Shown one piece after another: positions 63,121 through 64,000 of a stretch of DNA of 64,000 nucleotides (within the stretch, counting starts at the first letter, position 1; each line of letters opens with the position of its first letter). Origin of the DNA: Octopus sinensis. Lineage: Eukaryota. The stretch covers positions 12,400,001-12,464,000 of the forward strand of contig NC_043013.1 in the NCBI RefSeq assembly GCF_006345805.1, in the 5' to 3' direction. The notes beneath the pieces are model-generated. The model searched no databases, was not told the DNA's origin, and was given only the letters and a program-made list of their open reading frames with translations. The position numbers were made by a program, and so were the translations under genes.

Positions 63121-64000
63121 TCCTGTTGAAATATCACTTTTGTTTCAATTAATTTTGATTAACAATGAAGAATTTGGTGAGGCATCTTCCTCATTTACTA
63201 AGCTGATGTTTGGCACCTGAATTAACAATGAGAATTTTGCTGGGATCTTTCAATTTACATCACTTTGAAACAAGGTCTTATCATAGAATTGGTTGGTGGA
63301 GGGTCAGCTTCAGGCATGTTGGTATCAAAAGGGTTATGTGAGATTTGGCTGCTGTTTCTAGCAAGTCGAGTCACCATGTTGTCCCTCCTTCTTTATTGGT
63401 GGTGGTGGTGGTGGAGGATAAATTCCCAAGCTATGAAGTGTGTTTAATGGCGGTGGTACCAACCAACCAACCAGCATTGTGGTAAGTGGTTGTGGCGGTG
63501 ACAGTGAAGTGATGGCTCTGAAGGTAATCTGAGGTGTTTTTCAAAAGTTTTAGGATGTGAGTAAGAGAGGTAAGGGGGTTGGATAGAAAAGACAAATTCC
63601 CCCCTTGTCTGATGGTGGTGGTGGTGGTGGAATGGTGGGAATTGTACTGGAAGAGCCATTCCACCACTATCACAGAGGGGAGTGGCAGTGTAAAAGCAGG
63701 TGTGATGATGATGGTGGCGGCGGTGGTGGTGGTGGTGGTGGTGGTGGCGGGGGGGAGAAGGCTTGTAAAATTGGTATTCATTGGAACTTAGTTGTTAGTT
63801 CTCTCTCATTCCTCCTCCTCCTCCTCTCTCTATCTCTCTCTCTCTAGTTCTCCCTACTTCATCTTCATTTTTTTCTCCATCACTATTACCTTCTTTCTCT
63901 CTCTCTCTTCTCTCTCTCTCTCTCTCTCTTCGTCTCCCTTTCTATCTCTCTCTCTCCTCTCCATTACTCTCTTTCTCTACCTTCATCACCCATCCTTTTC

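Overview
AT-rich, extremely repeat-dense animal genomic DNA, probably intronic or intergenic sequence from an octopod cephalopod (Octopus-like; inferred from the SINE/RTE repertoire and microsatellite load, not verified by search). No complete protein-coding gene, rRNA, true tRNA gene or CRISPR array is supportable. Almost all ORFs in the supplied track are translations of (TA)n, (CA)n, (GA)n, (CAT)n, (AAT)n or (CAC)n tracts. The window consists of dozens of tRNA-derived SINE copies from at least four families, 5'-truncated RTE LINE ends, Penelope-like (PLE) RT and GIY-YIG relics, hAT- and mariner-derived MITE/foldback elements, minisatellites, and a few unconfirmed exon candidates. The most interesting signal is a set of minimal type I hammerhead ribozyme motifs (CUGANGA-A-stem II-GAAA-CG-UH-stem I) in two unrelated short mobile families. 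One family has a tRNA-like Pol III head, i.e. an apparent SINE-hammerhead chimera. Also notable are a mariner-derived palindrome enclosing a LINE fragment, several long hairpins (possible ADAR substrates) and a candidate microexon buried in a stem-loop. All coordinates were read by eye, and repeat boundaries are approximate.
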